Source of the DNA: Lytechinus pictus
Taxonomy: Eukaryota
Length of the DNA: 64,000 bases
Direction: 5' to 3'
Assembly: GCF_037042905.1 (NCBI RefSeq)
Contig: NC_087250.1
Span: 13,332,001 to 13,396,000, forward strand
The notes under the pieces are model-generated. The model had not been told where the DNA came from. It worked only from the letters and a program-made list of their open reading frames with translations, and did no database searches. Positions 40,901-53,932 of the stretch are shown here, piece by piece; the first letter of the stretch is position 1; the number at the start of each line of letters is the position of its first letter. The position numbers and the translations under genes are program-made.

Positions 40901-43875
40901 GCAAGTGCCGTATTTTCGTCAATGCACCCCCACCTTTCGGGGCATCGTGACCCCGTCCCCCTTTTCTGTGCACCTATGTTCACCCCTAGATCGATGAAGT
41001 GATTAATAAAGATCAATTTGGTTGATTTTCAAGAAATAAAATCGTGATTTCGATTAGCGGCGAATGTATTACCAGACCAAAGCGGAATTGTTTGAATACA
41101 CGTACATAATATAGCACGCCATAATAGCAAGTGCCGTATTTTCGTCAATGCACCCCCACCTTTCGGGGCATCGTAAACCCCGTCCCCCTTTTCTGTGCAC
41201 CAATGTTCACCCCTAGATCGATAAAGTGATTAATAAAGATCAATTTGGTTGATTTTCAAGAAATAAAATCCTGATTTCGATTAGCGGCGAATTTATTACC
41301 AGACCAAAGCGGAATTGTTTGAATACACGTACATAATATAGCACGCCATAATAGCAAGTGCCGTATTTTCGTCAATGCACCCCCACCTTTCGGGGCATCG
41401 TAGACCCCGTCCCCCTTTTCTGTGCACCAATGTTCACCCCTAGATCGATAAAGTGATTGATAAAGATCAATTTGGTTGATTTTCAAGAAATAAAATCCTG
41501 ATTTCGATTAGCGGCGAATTTATTACCAGTAGACCAAAGCGGAATTGTTTGAATACACGTACATAATATAGCACGCCATAATAGCAAGTGCCGTATTTTC
41601 GTCAATGCACCCCCACCTTTCGGGGCATCGTGACCCCGTCCCCCTTTTCTGTGCACCTATGTTCACCCCTAGATCGATAAAGTGATTAATAAAGATCAAT
41701 TTGGTTGATTTTCAAGAAATAAAATCGTAATTTCGATTAGCGGCGAATGTATTACCAGACCAAAGCGGAATTGTTTGAATACACGTACATAATATAGCAC
41801 GCCATAATAGCAAGTGCCGTATTTTCGTCAATGCACCCCCACCTTTCGGGGCATCGTAAACCCCGTCCCCCTTTTCTGTGCACCAATGTTCACCCCTAGA
41901 TCGATAAAGTGATTAATAAAGATCAATTTGGTTGATTTTCAAGAAATAAAATCCTGATTTCGATTAGCGGCGAATTTATTACCAGACCAAAGCGGAATTG
42001 TTTGAATACACGTACATAATATAGCACGCCATAATAGCAAGTGCCGTATTTTGGTCAATGCACCCCCACCTTTCGGGGCATCGTAGACCCCGTCCCCCTT
42101 TTCTGTGCACCAATGTTCACCCCTAGATCGATAAAGTGATTAATAAAGATCAATTTGGATGATTTTCAAGAAATAAAATCCTGATTTCGATTAGCGGCGA
42201 ATTTATTACCAGACCAAAGCGGAATTGTTGGAATACACGTACATAATATAGCACGCCATAATAGCAAGTGCCGTATTTTCGTCAATGCACCCCTACCTTT
42301 CTGGGCATCGTAGACCCCGTCCCCCTTTTCTGTGCACCAATGTTCACCCCTAGATCGATAAAGTGATTGATAAAGATCAATTTGGTTGATTTTCAAGAAA
42401 TAAAATCCTGATTTCGATTAGCGGCGAATTTATTACCAGTAGACCAAAGCGGAATTGTTTGAATACACGTACATAATATAGCACGCCATAATAGCAAGTG
42501 CCGTATTTTCGTCAATGCACCCCCACCTTTCGGGGCATCGTGACCCCGTCCCCCTTTTCTGTGCACCTATGTTCACCCCTAGATCGATGAAGTGATTAAT
42601 AAAGATCAATTTGGTTGATTTTCAAGAAATAAAATCGTGATTTCGATTAGCGGCGAATGTATTACCAGACCAAAGCGGAATTGTTTGAATACACGTACAT
42701 AATATAGCACGCCATAATAGCAAGTGCCGTATTTTCGTCAATGCACCCCCACCTTTCGGGGCATCGTAAACCCCGTCCCCCTTTTCTGTGCACCAATGTT
42801 CACCCCTAGATCGATAAAGTGATTAATAAAGATCAATTTGGTTGATTTTCAAGAAATAAAATCCTGATTTCGATTAGCGGCGAATTTATTACCAGACCAA
42901 AGCGGAATTGTTTGAATACACGTACATAATATAGCACGCCATAATAGCAAGTGCCGTATTTTCGTCAATGCACCCCCACCTTTCGGGGCATCGTAGACCC
43001 CGTCCCCCTTTTCTGTGCACCAATGTTCACCCCTAGATCGATAAAGTGATTAATAAAGATCAATTTGGATGATTTTCAAGAAATAAAATCGTGATTTCGA
43101 TTAGCGGCGAATTTATTACCAGACCAAAGCGGAATTGTTGGAATACACGTACATAATATAGCACGCCATAATAGCAAGTGCCGTATTTTCGTCAATGCAC
43201 CCCTACCTTTCTGGGCATCGTAGACCCCGTCCCCCTTTTCTGTGCACCAATGTTCACCCCTAGATCGATAAAGTGATTGATAAAGATCAATTTGGTTGAT
43301 TTTCAAGAAATAAAATCCTGATTTCGATTAGCGGCGAATTTATTACCAGTAGACCAAAGCGGAATTGTTTGAATACACGTACATAATATAGCACGCCATA
43401 ATAGCAAGTGCCGTATTTTCGTCAATGCACCCCCACCTTTCGGGGCATCGTGACCCCGTCCCCCTTTTCTGTGCACCTATGTTCACCCCTAGATCGATAA
43501 AGTGATTAATAAAGATCAATTTGGTTGATTTTCAAGAAATAAAATCGTGATTTCGATTAGCGGCGAATGTATTACCAGACCAAAGCGGAATTGTTTGAAT
43601 ACACGTACATAATATAGCACGCCATAATAGCAAGTGCCGTATTTTCGTCAATGCACCCCCACCTTTCGGGGCATCGTAAACCCCGTCCCCCTTTTCTGTG
43701 CACCAATGTTCACCCCTAGATCGATAAAGTGATTAATAAAGATCAATTTGGTTGATTTTCAAGAAATAAAATCCTGATTTCGATTAGCGGCGAATTTATT
43801 ACCAGACCAAAGCGGAATTGTTTGAATACACGTACATAATATAGCACGCCATAATAGCAAGTGCCGTATTTTCGT

Positions 43876-43909
43876 CACTGAACTAGAGATACGTATCTCT
43901 AGTTCAGTG
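43876..43909. mobile_element. 34-bp perfect palindrome with 8-bp TSD; probable transposon excision footprint
   Basis: CACTGAACTAGAGATAC|GTATCTCTAGTTCAGTG flanked by ATTTTCGT (43868-43875 and 43910-43917); neighbouring monomers show the empty site. Confidence 0.85.
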
Positions 43910-44098
43910 ATTTTCGTCAATGCACCCCCACCTTTCGGGGCATCGTAGACCCCGTCCCCCTTTTCTGTGCACCAATGTTCACCCCTAGATCCATGAAGTG
44001 ATTAATAAAGATCAATTTGGTTGTTTTCAAGAAATAAAATCGTGATTTCGATTAGCGGCGAATTTATTACCAGACCAAACCGGAATTGTTGGAATACA

Positions 44099-44451
44099 AC
44101 TATTAAATTCGTCAATTGAAACAGTAAAATAGCCCTAATTTTTCCGCCACAGTAAAAAAATAGTTCCAAAGTCATTGATATATCTTCCCAATTTGGGCAA
44201 AGGAAGTTCAGTAGTTACCATTTTTAGAATCAGTGTTAGATTTTTATTGATATTCATACACTTTTGTTAATCATCAATATCATATTATAGAAAAATCGAA
44301 TGGGTTGGGTCGAACGAATATCTTTTGCATTCTTGCTGTAATTAGTCTAATGGCATCCGTAGTGCGCTTATAATCGTTCCGATGTATGAATCGCTATATA
44401 AATTGGATTACTGAATTTTAATTATTGTTACTTTTATTATTATTCTCATAG
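44099..44451. other. 353-bp unique AT-rich central spacer of the 43-kb foldback
   Basis: The left array stops at ...GGAATACA (44098) and the inverted array starts at ATTGGTGCACAG (44452). No recognisable ORF. Confidence 0.9.
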
Positions 44452-47400
44452 ATTGGTGCACAGAAAAAGGGGACGGGGTCTACGATGCCCCGAAAGGTGG
44501 GGGTGCATTGACGAACATACGGCGCCTGCTATTATGGCGTGCTATATATATTATGTACGTGTATATTCCAACAATTCCACTTTGGTCTGGTAATAAATTC
44601 GCCGCTAATCGAAATCACCATTTTATGTCTTGAAAATCAACCAAGTTGATTTTTATTAATCACTTCATCGATCTAGGGGTGAACATTGGTGCACAGAAAA
44701 GGGGTCTACGATGCCCCGAAAGGTAGGGGGTGCAAGGACGAAAATATAGCGCGTGCTATATATGTATTATATACTGTACGTGTATTCCAACAATTCCACT
44801 TTGGTCTGGTAATAAATTCGCCGCTAATCGAAATCACCATTTTATGTCTTGAAAATCAACCAAATTGATCTTCATTAATCACTACATCGATCAAGGGGTG
44901 AACATTGGTGCACAGAAAAGGGGGACGGGGTCTACGATGCCCCGAAAGGTAGGGGGTGCAAGGACGAAAATATAGCGCGTGCTATATATGTATTATATAC
45001 TGTACGTGTATTCCAACAATTCCACTTTGGTCTGGTAATAAATTCGCCGCTAATCGAAATCACCATTTTATGTCTTGAAAATCAACCAAATTGATCTTCA
45101 TTAATCACTTCATCGATCTAGGGGTGAACATTGGTGCACAGAAAAGGGGGACGGGGTCTACGATGCCCCGAAAGGTAGGGGGTGCAAGGACGAAAATATA
45201 GCGCGTGCTATATATGTATTATATACGTGTATTCCAACAATTCCACTTTGGTCTGGTAATAAATTCGCCGCTAATCGAAATCACCATTTTATGTCTTGAA
45301 AATCAACCAAATTGATCTTCATTAATCACTTCATCGATCTAGGGGTAAACATTGGTGCACAGAAAAGGGGGACGGGGTCTACGATGCCCCGAAAGGTAGG
45401 GGGTGCATTGACGAAAATACGGCGCCTGCTATTATGGCGTGCTATATATATTATGTACGTGTATATTCCAACAATTCCACTTTGGTCTGGTAATAAATTC
45501 GCCGCTAATCGAAATCACCATTTTATGTCTTGAAAATCAACCAAATTGATCTTTAATAATCACTTCATCGATCTAGGGGTAAACATTGGTGCACAGAAAA
45601 GGGGGACGGGGTCTACGATGCCCCGAAAGGTAGGGGGTGCAAGGACGAAAATATAGCGCGTGCTATATATATACGTGTATTCCAACAATTCCACTTTGGT
45701 CCGGTAATAAATTCGCCGCTAATCGAAATCACCATTTTATGTCTTGAAAATCAACCAAATTGATCTTTATTAATCACTTCATCGATCTAGGGGTGAACAT
45801 TGGTGCACAGAAAAGGGGGACGGGGTCTACGATGCCCCGAAAGGTGGGGGTGCATTGACGAAAATACGGCGCCTGCTATTATGGCGTGCTATATATATTA
45901 TGTACGTGTATATTCCAACAATTCCACTTTGGTCTGGTAATAAATTCGCCGCTAATCGAAATCACCATTTTATGTCTTGAAAATCAACCAAATTGATCTT
46001 CATTAATCACTTCATCGATCTAGGGGTGAACATTGGTGCACGGAAAAGGGGGACGGGGTCTACGATGCCCCGAAAGGTAGGGGGTGCAAGGACGAAAATA
46101 TAGCGCGTGCTATATATGTATTATATACGTGTATTCCAACAATTCCACTTTGGTCTGGTAATAAATTCGCCGCTAATCGAAATCACCATTTTATGTCTTG
46201 AAAATCAACCAAATTGATCTTCATTAATCACTTCATCGATCTAGGGGTTAACATTGGTGCACAGAAAAGGGGGACGGGGTCTACGATGCCCCGAAAGGTA
46301 GGGGGTGCAAGGACGAAAATATAGCGCGTGCTATATATGTATTATATACGTGTATTCCAACAATTCCACTTTGGTCTGGTAATAAATTCGCCGCTAATCG
46401 AAATCACCATTTTATGTCTTGAAAATCAACCAAATTGATCTTCATTAATCACTACATCGATCTAGGGGTGAACATTGGTGCACAGAAAAGGGGGACGGGG
46501 TCTACGATGCCCCGAAAGGTAGGGGGTGCAAGGACGAAAATATAGCGCGTGCTATATATGTATTATATACTGTACGTGTATTCCAACAATTCCACTTTGG
46601 TCTGGTAATAAATTCGCCGCTAATCGAAATCACCATTTTATGTCTTGAAAATCAACCAAATTGATCTTTATTAATCACTTCATCGATCTAGGGGTGAACA
46701 TTGGTGCACAGAAAAGGGGGACGGGGTCTACGATGCCCCGAAAGGTGGGGGTGCATTGACGAAAATACGGCGCCTGCTATTATGGCGTGCTATATATATT
46801 ATGTACGTGTATATTCCAACAATTCCACTTTGGTCTGGTAATAAATTCGCCGCTAATCGAAATCACCATTTTATGTCTTGAAAATCAACCAAATTGATCT
46901 TCATTAATCACTTCATCGATCTAGGGGTGAACATTGGTGCACAGAAAAGGGGGACGGGGTCTACGATGCCCCGAAAGGTAGGGGGTGCAAGGACGAAAAT
47001 ATAGCGCGTGCTATATATGTATTATATACGTGTATTCCAACAATTCCACTTTGGTCTGGTAATAAATTCGCCGCTAATCGAAATCACCATTTTATGTCTT
47101 GAAAATCAACCAAATTGATCTTCATTAATCACTACATCGATCTAGGGGTGAACATTGGTGCACAGAAAAGGGGGACGGGGTCTACGATGCCCCGAAAGGT
47201 AGGGGGTGCAAGGACGAAAATATAGCGCGTGCTATATATGTATTATATACGTGTATTCCAACAATTCCACTTTGGTCTGGTAATAAATTCGCCGCTAATC
47301 GAAATCACCATTTTATGTCTTGAAAATCAACCAAATTGATCTTCATTAATCACTTCATCGATCTAGGGGTGAACATTGGTGCACAGAAAAGGGGGACGGG

Positions 47401-50400
47401 GTCTACGATGCCCCGAAAGGTAGGGGGTGCAAGGACGAAAATATAGCGCGTGCTATATATGTATTATATACGTGTATTCCAACAATTCCACTTTGGTCTG
47501 GTAATAAATTCGCCGCTAATCGAAATCACCATTTTATGTCTTGAAAATCAACCAAATTGATCTTCATTAATCACTACATCGATCTAGGGGTGAACATTGG
47601 TGCACAGAAAAGGGGGACGGGGTCTACGATGCCCCGAAAGGTAGGGGGTGCAAGGACGAAAATATAGCGCGTGCTATATATGTATTATATACTGTACGTG
47701 TATTCCAACAATTCCACTTTGGTCTGGTAATAAATTCGCCGCTAATCGAAATCACCATTTTATGTCTTGAAAATCAACCAAATTGATCTTCAATAATCAC
47801 TTCATCGATCTAGGGGTGAACATTGGTGCACAGAAAAAAGGGACGGGGTCTACGATGCCCCGAAAGGTGGGGGTGCATTGACGAAAATACGGCGCCTGCT
47901 ATTATGGCGTGCTATATATATTATGTACGTGTATATTCCAACAATTCCACTTTGGTCTGGTAAAAATTCGCCGCTAATCGAAATCACCATTTTATGTCTT
48001 GAAAATCAACCAAATTGATCTTCATTAATCACTACATCGATCTAGGGGTGAACATTGGTGCACAGAAAAGGGGGACGGGGTCTACGATGCCCCGAAAGGT
48101 AGGGGGTGCAAGGACGAAAATATAGCGCGTGCTATATATGTATTATATACGTGTATTCCAACAATTCCACTTTGGTCTGGTAATAAATTCGCCGCTAATC
48201 GAAATCACCATTTTATGTCTTGAAAATCAACCAAATTGATCTTCATTAATCACTTCATCGATCTAGGGGTAAACATTGGTGCACAGAAAAAGGGGACGGG
48301 GTCTACGATGCCCCGAAAGGTGGGGGTGCATTGACGAAAATACGGCGCCTGCTATTATGGCGTGCTATATATATTATGTACGTGTATATTCCAACAATTC
48401 CACTTTGGTCTGGTAATAAATTCGCCGCTAATCGAAATCACCATTTTATGTCTTGAAAATCGACCAAATTGATCTTCATTAATCACTTCATCGATCTAGG
48501 GGTAAACATTGGTGCACAGAAAAGGGGGACGGGGTCTACGATGCCCCGAAAGGTAGGGGGTGCAAGGACGAAAATATAGCGCGTGCTATATATATACGTG
48601 TATTCCAACAATTCCACTTTGGTCTGGTAATAAATTCGCCGCTAATCGAAATCACCATTTTATGTCTTGAAAATCAACCAAATTGATCTTTATTAATCAC
48701 TTCATCGATCTAGGGGTGAACATTGGTGCACAGAAAAAGGGGACGGGGTCTACGATGCCCCGAAAGGTGGGGGTGCATTGACGAAAATACGGCGCCTGCT
48801 ATTATGGCGTGCTATATATATTATGTACGTGTATATTCCAACAATTCCACTTTGGTCTGGTAATAAATTCGCCGCTAATCGAAATCACCATTTTATGTCT
48901 TGAAAATCAACCAAATTGATCTTCATTAATCACTTCATCGATCTAGGGGTGAACATTGGTGCACAGAAAAGGGGGACGGGGTCTACGATGCCCCGAAAGG
49001 TAGGGGGTGCAAGGACGAAAATATAGCGCGTGCTATATATGTATTATATACTGTACGTGTATTCCAACAATTCCACTTTGGTCTGGTAATAAATTCGCCG
49101 CTAATCGAAATCACCATTTTATGTCTTGAAAATCAACCAAATTGATCTATATTAATCACTTCATCGATCTAGGGGTGAATATTGGTGCACAGAAAAAGGG
49201 GACGGGGTCTACGATGCCCCGAAAGGTGGGGGTGCATTGACGAAAATACGGCGCCTGCTATTATGGCGTGCTATATATATTATGTACGTGTATATTCCAA
49301 CAATTCCACTTTGGTCTGGTAATAAATTCGCCGCTAATCGAAATCACCATTTTATGTCTTGAAAATCAACCAAATTGATCTTCATTAATCACTTTATCGA
49401 TCTAGGGGTGAACATTGGTGCACAGAAAAGGGGGACGGGGTCTACGATGCCCCGAAAGGTAGGGGGTGCAAGGACGAAAATATAGCGCGTGCTATATATG
49501 TATTATATACGTGTATTCCAACAATTCCACTTTGGTCTGGTAATAAATTCGCCGCTAATCGAAATCACCATTTTATGTCTTGAAAATCAACCAAATTGAT
49601 CTTTATTAATCACTTCATCGATCTAGGGGTGAACATTGGTGCACAGAAAAATGGGACGGGGTCTACGATGCCCCGAAAGGTGGGGGTGCATTGACGAAAA
49701 TACGGCGCCTGCTATTATGGCGTGCTATATATATTATGTACGTGTATATTCCAACAATTCCACTTTGGTCTGGTAATAAATTCGCCGCTAATCGAAATCA
49801 CCATTTTATGTCTTGAAAATCAACCAAATTGATCTTTATTAATCACTTCATCGATCTAGGGGTGAACATTGGTGCACAGAAAAGGGGGACGGGGTCTACG
49901 ATGCCCCGAAAGGTAGGGGGTGCAAGGACGAAAATATAGCGCGTGCTATATATGTATTATATACTGTACGTGTATTCCAACAATTCCACTTTGGTCTGGT
50001 AATAAATTCGCCGCTAATCGAAATCACCATTTTATGTCTTGAAAATCAACCAAATTGATCTTTATTAATCACTTCATCGATCTAGGGGTGAACATTGGTG
50101 CACAGAAAAAGGGGACGGGGTCTACGATGCCCCGAAAGGTGGGGGTGCATTGACGAAAATACGGCGCCTGCTATTATGGCGTGCTATATATATTATGTAC
50201 GTGTATATTCCAACAATTCCACTTTGGTCTGGTAATAAATTCGCCGCTAATCGAAATCACCATTTTATGTCTTGAAAATCAACCAAATTGATCTTCATTA
50301 ATCACTTCATCGATCTAGGGGTGAACATTGGTGCACAGAAAAAGGGGACGGGGTCTACGATGCCCCGAAAGGTGGGGGTGCATTGACGAAAATACGGCGC

Positions 50401-52870
50401 CTGCTATTATGGCGTGCTATATATATTATGTACGTGTATATTCCAACAATTCCACTTTGGTCTGGTAATAAATTCGCCGCTAATCGAAATCACCATTTTA
50501 TGTCTTGAAAATCAACCAAATTGATCTTCATTAATCACTTCATCGATCTAGGGGTGAACATTGGTGCACAGAAAAGGAGGACGGGGTCTACGATGCCCCG
50601 AAAGGTAGGGGGTGCAAGGACGAAAATATAGCGCGTGCTATATATGTATTATATACTGTACGTGTATTCCAACAATTCCACTTTGGTCTGGTAATAAATT
50701 CGCCGCTAATCGAAATCACCATTTTATGTCTTGAAAATCAACCAAATTGATCTTCATTAATCACTTCATCGATCTAGGGGTGAACATTGGTGCACAGAAA
50801 AGGGGGACGGGGTCTACGATGCCCCGAAAGGTAGGGGGTGCAAGGACGAAAATATAGCGCGTGCTATATATGTATTATATACGTGTATTCCAACAATTCC
50901 ACTTTGGTCTGGTAATAAATTCGCCGCTAATCGAAATCACCATTTTATGTCTTGAAAATCAACCAAATTGATCTTCATTAATCACTTCATCGATCTATAT
51001 AGGGGTAAACATTGGTGCACAGAAAAGGAGGACGGGGTCTACGATGCCCCGAAAGGTAGGGGGTGCAAGGACGAAAATATAGCGCGTGCTATATATGTAT
51101 TATATACTGTACGTGTATTCCAACAATTCCACTTTGGTCTGGTAATAAATTCGCCGCTAATCGAAATCACCATTTTATGTCTTGAAAATCAACCAAATTG
51201 ATCTTCATTAATCACTACATCGATCTAGGGGTGAACATTGGTGCACAGAAAAGGGGGACGGGGTCTACGATGCCCCGAAAGGTAGGGGGTGCAAGGACGA
51301 AAATATAGCGCGTGCTATATATGTATTATATACTGTACGTGTATTCCAACAATTCCACTTTGGTCTGGTAATAAATTCGCCGCTAATCGAAATCACCATT
51401 TTATGTCTTGAAAATCAACCAAATTGATCTTCATTAATCACTTCATCGATCTAGGGGTGAACATTGGTGCACAGAAAAGGGGGACGGGGTCTACGATGCC
51501 CCGAAAGGTAGGGGGTGCAAGGACGAAAATATAGCGCGTGCTATATATGTATTATATACGTGTATTCCAACAATTCCACTTTGGTCTGGTAATAAATTCG
51601 CCGCTAATCGAAATCACCATTTTATGTCTTGAAAATCAACCAAATTGATCTTCATTAATCACTTCATCGATCTAGGGGTAAACATTGGTGCACAGAAAAG
51701 GGGGACGGGGTCTACGATGCCCCGAAAGGTAGGGGGTGCATTGACGAAAATACGGCGCCTGCTATTATGGCGTGCTATATATATTATGTACGTGTATATT
51801 CCAACAATTCCACTTTGGTCTGGTAATAAATTCGCCGCTAATCGAAATCACCATTTTATGTCTTGAAAATCAACCAAATTGATCTTCATTAATCACTTCA
51901 TCGATCTAGGGGTAAACATTGGTGCACAGAAAAGGGGGACGGGGTCTACGATGCCCCGAAAGGTAGGGGGTGCAAGGACGAAAATATAGCGCGTGCTATA
52001 TATATACGTGTATTCCAACAATTCCACTTTGGTCTGGTAATAAATTCGCCGCTAATCGAAATCACCATTTTATGTCTTGAAAATCAACCAAATTGATCTT
52101 TATTAATCACTTCATCGATCTAGGGGTAAACATTGGAGCACAGAAAAATGGGACGGGGTCTACGATGCCCCGAAAGGTGGGGGTGCATTGACGAAAATAC
52201 GGCGCCTGCTATTATGGCGTGCTATATATATTATGTACGTGTATATTCCAACAATTCCACTTTGGTCTGGTAATAAATTCGCCGCTAATCGAAATCACCA
52301 TTTTATGTCTTGAAAATCAACCAAATTGATCTTTATTAATCACTTCATCGATCTAGGGGTGAACATTGGTGCACAGAAAAGGGGGACGGGGTCTACGATG
52401 CCCCGAAAGGTAGGGGGTGCAAGGACGAAAATATAGCGCGTGCTATATATGTATTATATACTGTACGTGTATTCCAACAATTCCACTTTGGTCTGGTAAT
52501 AAATTCGCCGCTAATCGAAATCACCATTTTATGTCTTGAAAATCAACCAAATTGATCTTCATTAATAACTTCATCGATCTAGGGGTGAACATTGGTGCAC
52601 AGAAAAGGGGGACGGGGTCTACGATGCCCCGAAAGGTGGAGGTGCATTGACGAAAATACGGCACTTGCTATTATGGCGTGCTATATTATGTACGTGTATT
52701 CCAACAATTCCGCTTTGGTCTGGTAGTAAATTCGCCGCTAATCGAAATCACGATTTTATGTCTTGAAAATCAACCAAATTGATCTTTAATAATCACTTAA
52801 TCGATCTAGGGGTGAACATTGGTGCACAGAAAAGGGGGACGGGGTCTACGATGCCCCGAAATGCAGGGGG
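44452..52870 (-). repeat. Satellite array, right arm (~37 monomers; variants of 214/221/226/233 bp), inverted relative to the left array
   Basis: Reverse complement of the left monomer with arm-specific variants (CCATTTTATGTCTTG, TTCCACTTTGG, GCAAGGACGAAAATATAGCGCGTG). Confidence 0.98.
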
Positions 52871-53101
52871 TGTAATTTTTATTGAGAATTTGATATAGAT
52901 ATTAATGTCTTCATGAATATTCATTAGGTGGGCTGATGATATCATATCGGTTATCCCCACTCGTTCTTTTGTATTTTATTATATGATTTTCTACCACTTT
53001 ATTTTTACCTGGGACTAAAACAGTTGGAACTGATTCATTACTTCAGTTATTTGTTGTTGCAACTTCTTTCATCATAATACTAATAGAGACATCATTTACA
53101 A

Positions 53102-53932
53102 AAGAGTCAAATTTACAAAAGAGAATTTTGAGGTCAGCAGTATTTTGTGAAAATAAAATGCACGCAGTCATGACTATCCATTTGAAGTTATCATGATGTC
53201 GTGTTCCAACTTTCGTTTCGCTTATAAAATGTTCTTACATGAAGTCGTTTTTTAAATCATGTAATGTCTCTTATATTAAAATAATATCCATGAATTAATG
53301 AACAAATGCATTAAATTTTGTTTGATACAATATTTTTTATTCTAGGGGGAGGAAATTTGAATATTCATAAATTCATATGATTCAAAAAGATGGAATATAC
53401 AGGAGAGATTACTTTTCTCCAATGAATGTTAAAGAAGAAATTTAAGGCATATAGAACTGGCCGAAATGCGGATCTTTAGAATATCATAACTCTGTTATCC
53501 TTGTCCGATTTTGTTTACATTTTACCAAATTTGTTTGATTCTTCTTGATCTCAATTACTTTCAGCTGCATTCATGCCATGTCATATAGAAACATACTTCC
53601 TTTAATTCTTAATATATTCAAATGTTATACAAATCAGTCATATACTAATATTTGAAGCAATCATATTGTGGAATAGTGCATTATTAAAATTCCATATTAT
53701 CAGCCATCTGTAAGTTTGGATAACTATGCCTTTTATCTGCATACCATTTTCGTGCGCATTATGACAATCTTCGAGACGTTTGAATTTAAGCTGTATTTAG
53801 GGTCTGCAACTATTAGACTATGCATACGGTGTAGGGCGGTTTGTATCGCGATAGCTCTGTGCGCTGGATTTGTGCGCTGGCTTGCTTCAATATATTCTGT
53901 GCGCTGGGTTTGTGCGCTGGCTTCAGCCTGGT
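53102..53932 (-). repeat. Right unique TIR of the 43-kb element
   Basis: Reverse complement of 10596-11457, including four TGTGCGCTGG motifs. Confidence 0.92.

Larger units (their letters stand above)
11925..44098 (+). repeat. ~227-bp satellite array, left arm (~130 monomers; variants of 223/227/229/230 bp; higher-order structure)
   Basis: Monomer TCAAGAAATAAAATCSTGATTTCGATTAGCGGCGAATTTATTACCAGACCAAAGCGG...; period 227 confirmed by ORF-track spacing (12480/12707); interrupted at 14504-16942 and 43876-43909. Confidence 0.98.
10596..53932. mobile_element. 43.3-kb satellite-laden foldback (Mutator/FB-like) non-autonomous transposon
   Basis: Termini ACCAGGCTGAAGCCAGCGCAC... / ...GTGCGCTGGCTTCAGCCTGGT flanked by an exact 9-bp direct repeat GGCTACTAC (10587-10595 and 53933-53941); ~0.85-kb inverted arms; inverted satellite arrays inside; no transposase. 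Confidence 0.9.

Noticed and set aside
12480..43306. Dozens of near-identical 76-77 aa ORFs (MKINQIDLYQSL...) suggesting a tandem gene array
   Set aside because: They start at TTG, equal one satellite monomer, are broken by stops or frameshifts in most monomers and in the inverted arm, and resemble no domain I recognise.
44099..44451. Transposase remnant in the central spacer
   Set aside because: Only short (<40 aa) frames with no MULE, P or hAT motif that I can recognise.
11925..52870. CRISPR-like array
   Set aside because: Head-to-tail monomers with no unique spacers, no cas genes, and a spliceosomal-intron context.
11925..52870. Tandem RNA-gene cluster (5S/tRNA/snRNA) or hammerhead-containing satellite
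   Set aside because: I could not find Pol III A/B/C boxes, an Sm site or a complete CUGANGA...GAAA core in the monomer. An Rfam scan would be the definitive test.
52913..52924. ATGAATATTCAT palindrome as a specific regulatory signal
   Set aside because: The same 12-mer occurs here inside repeat-derived DNA, which weakens the significance of the copy at 10211.
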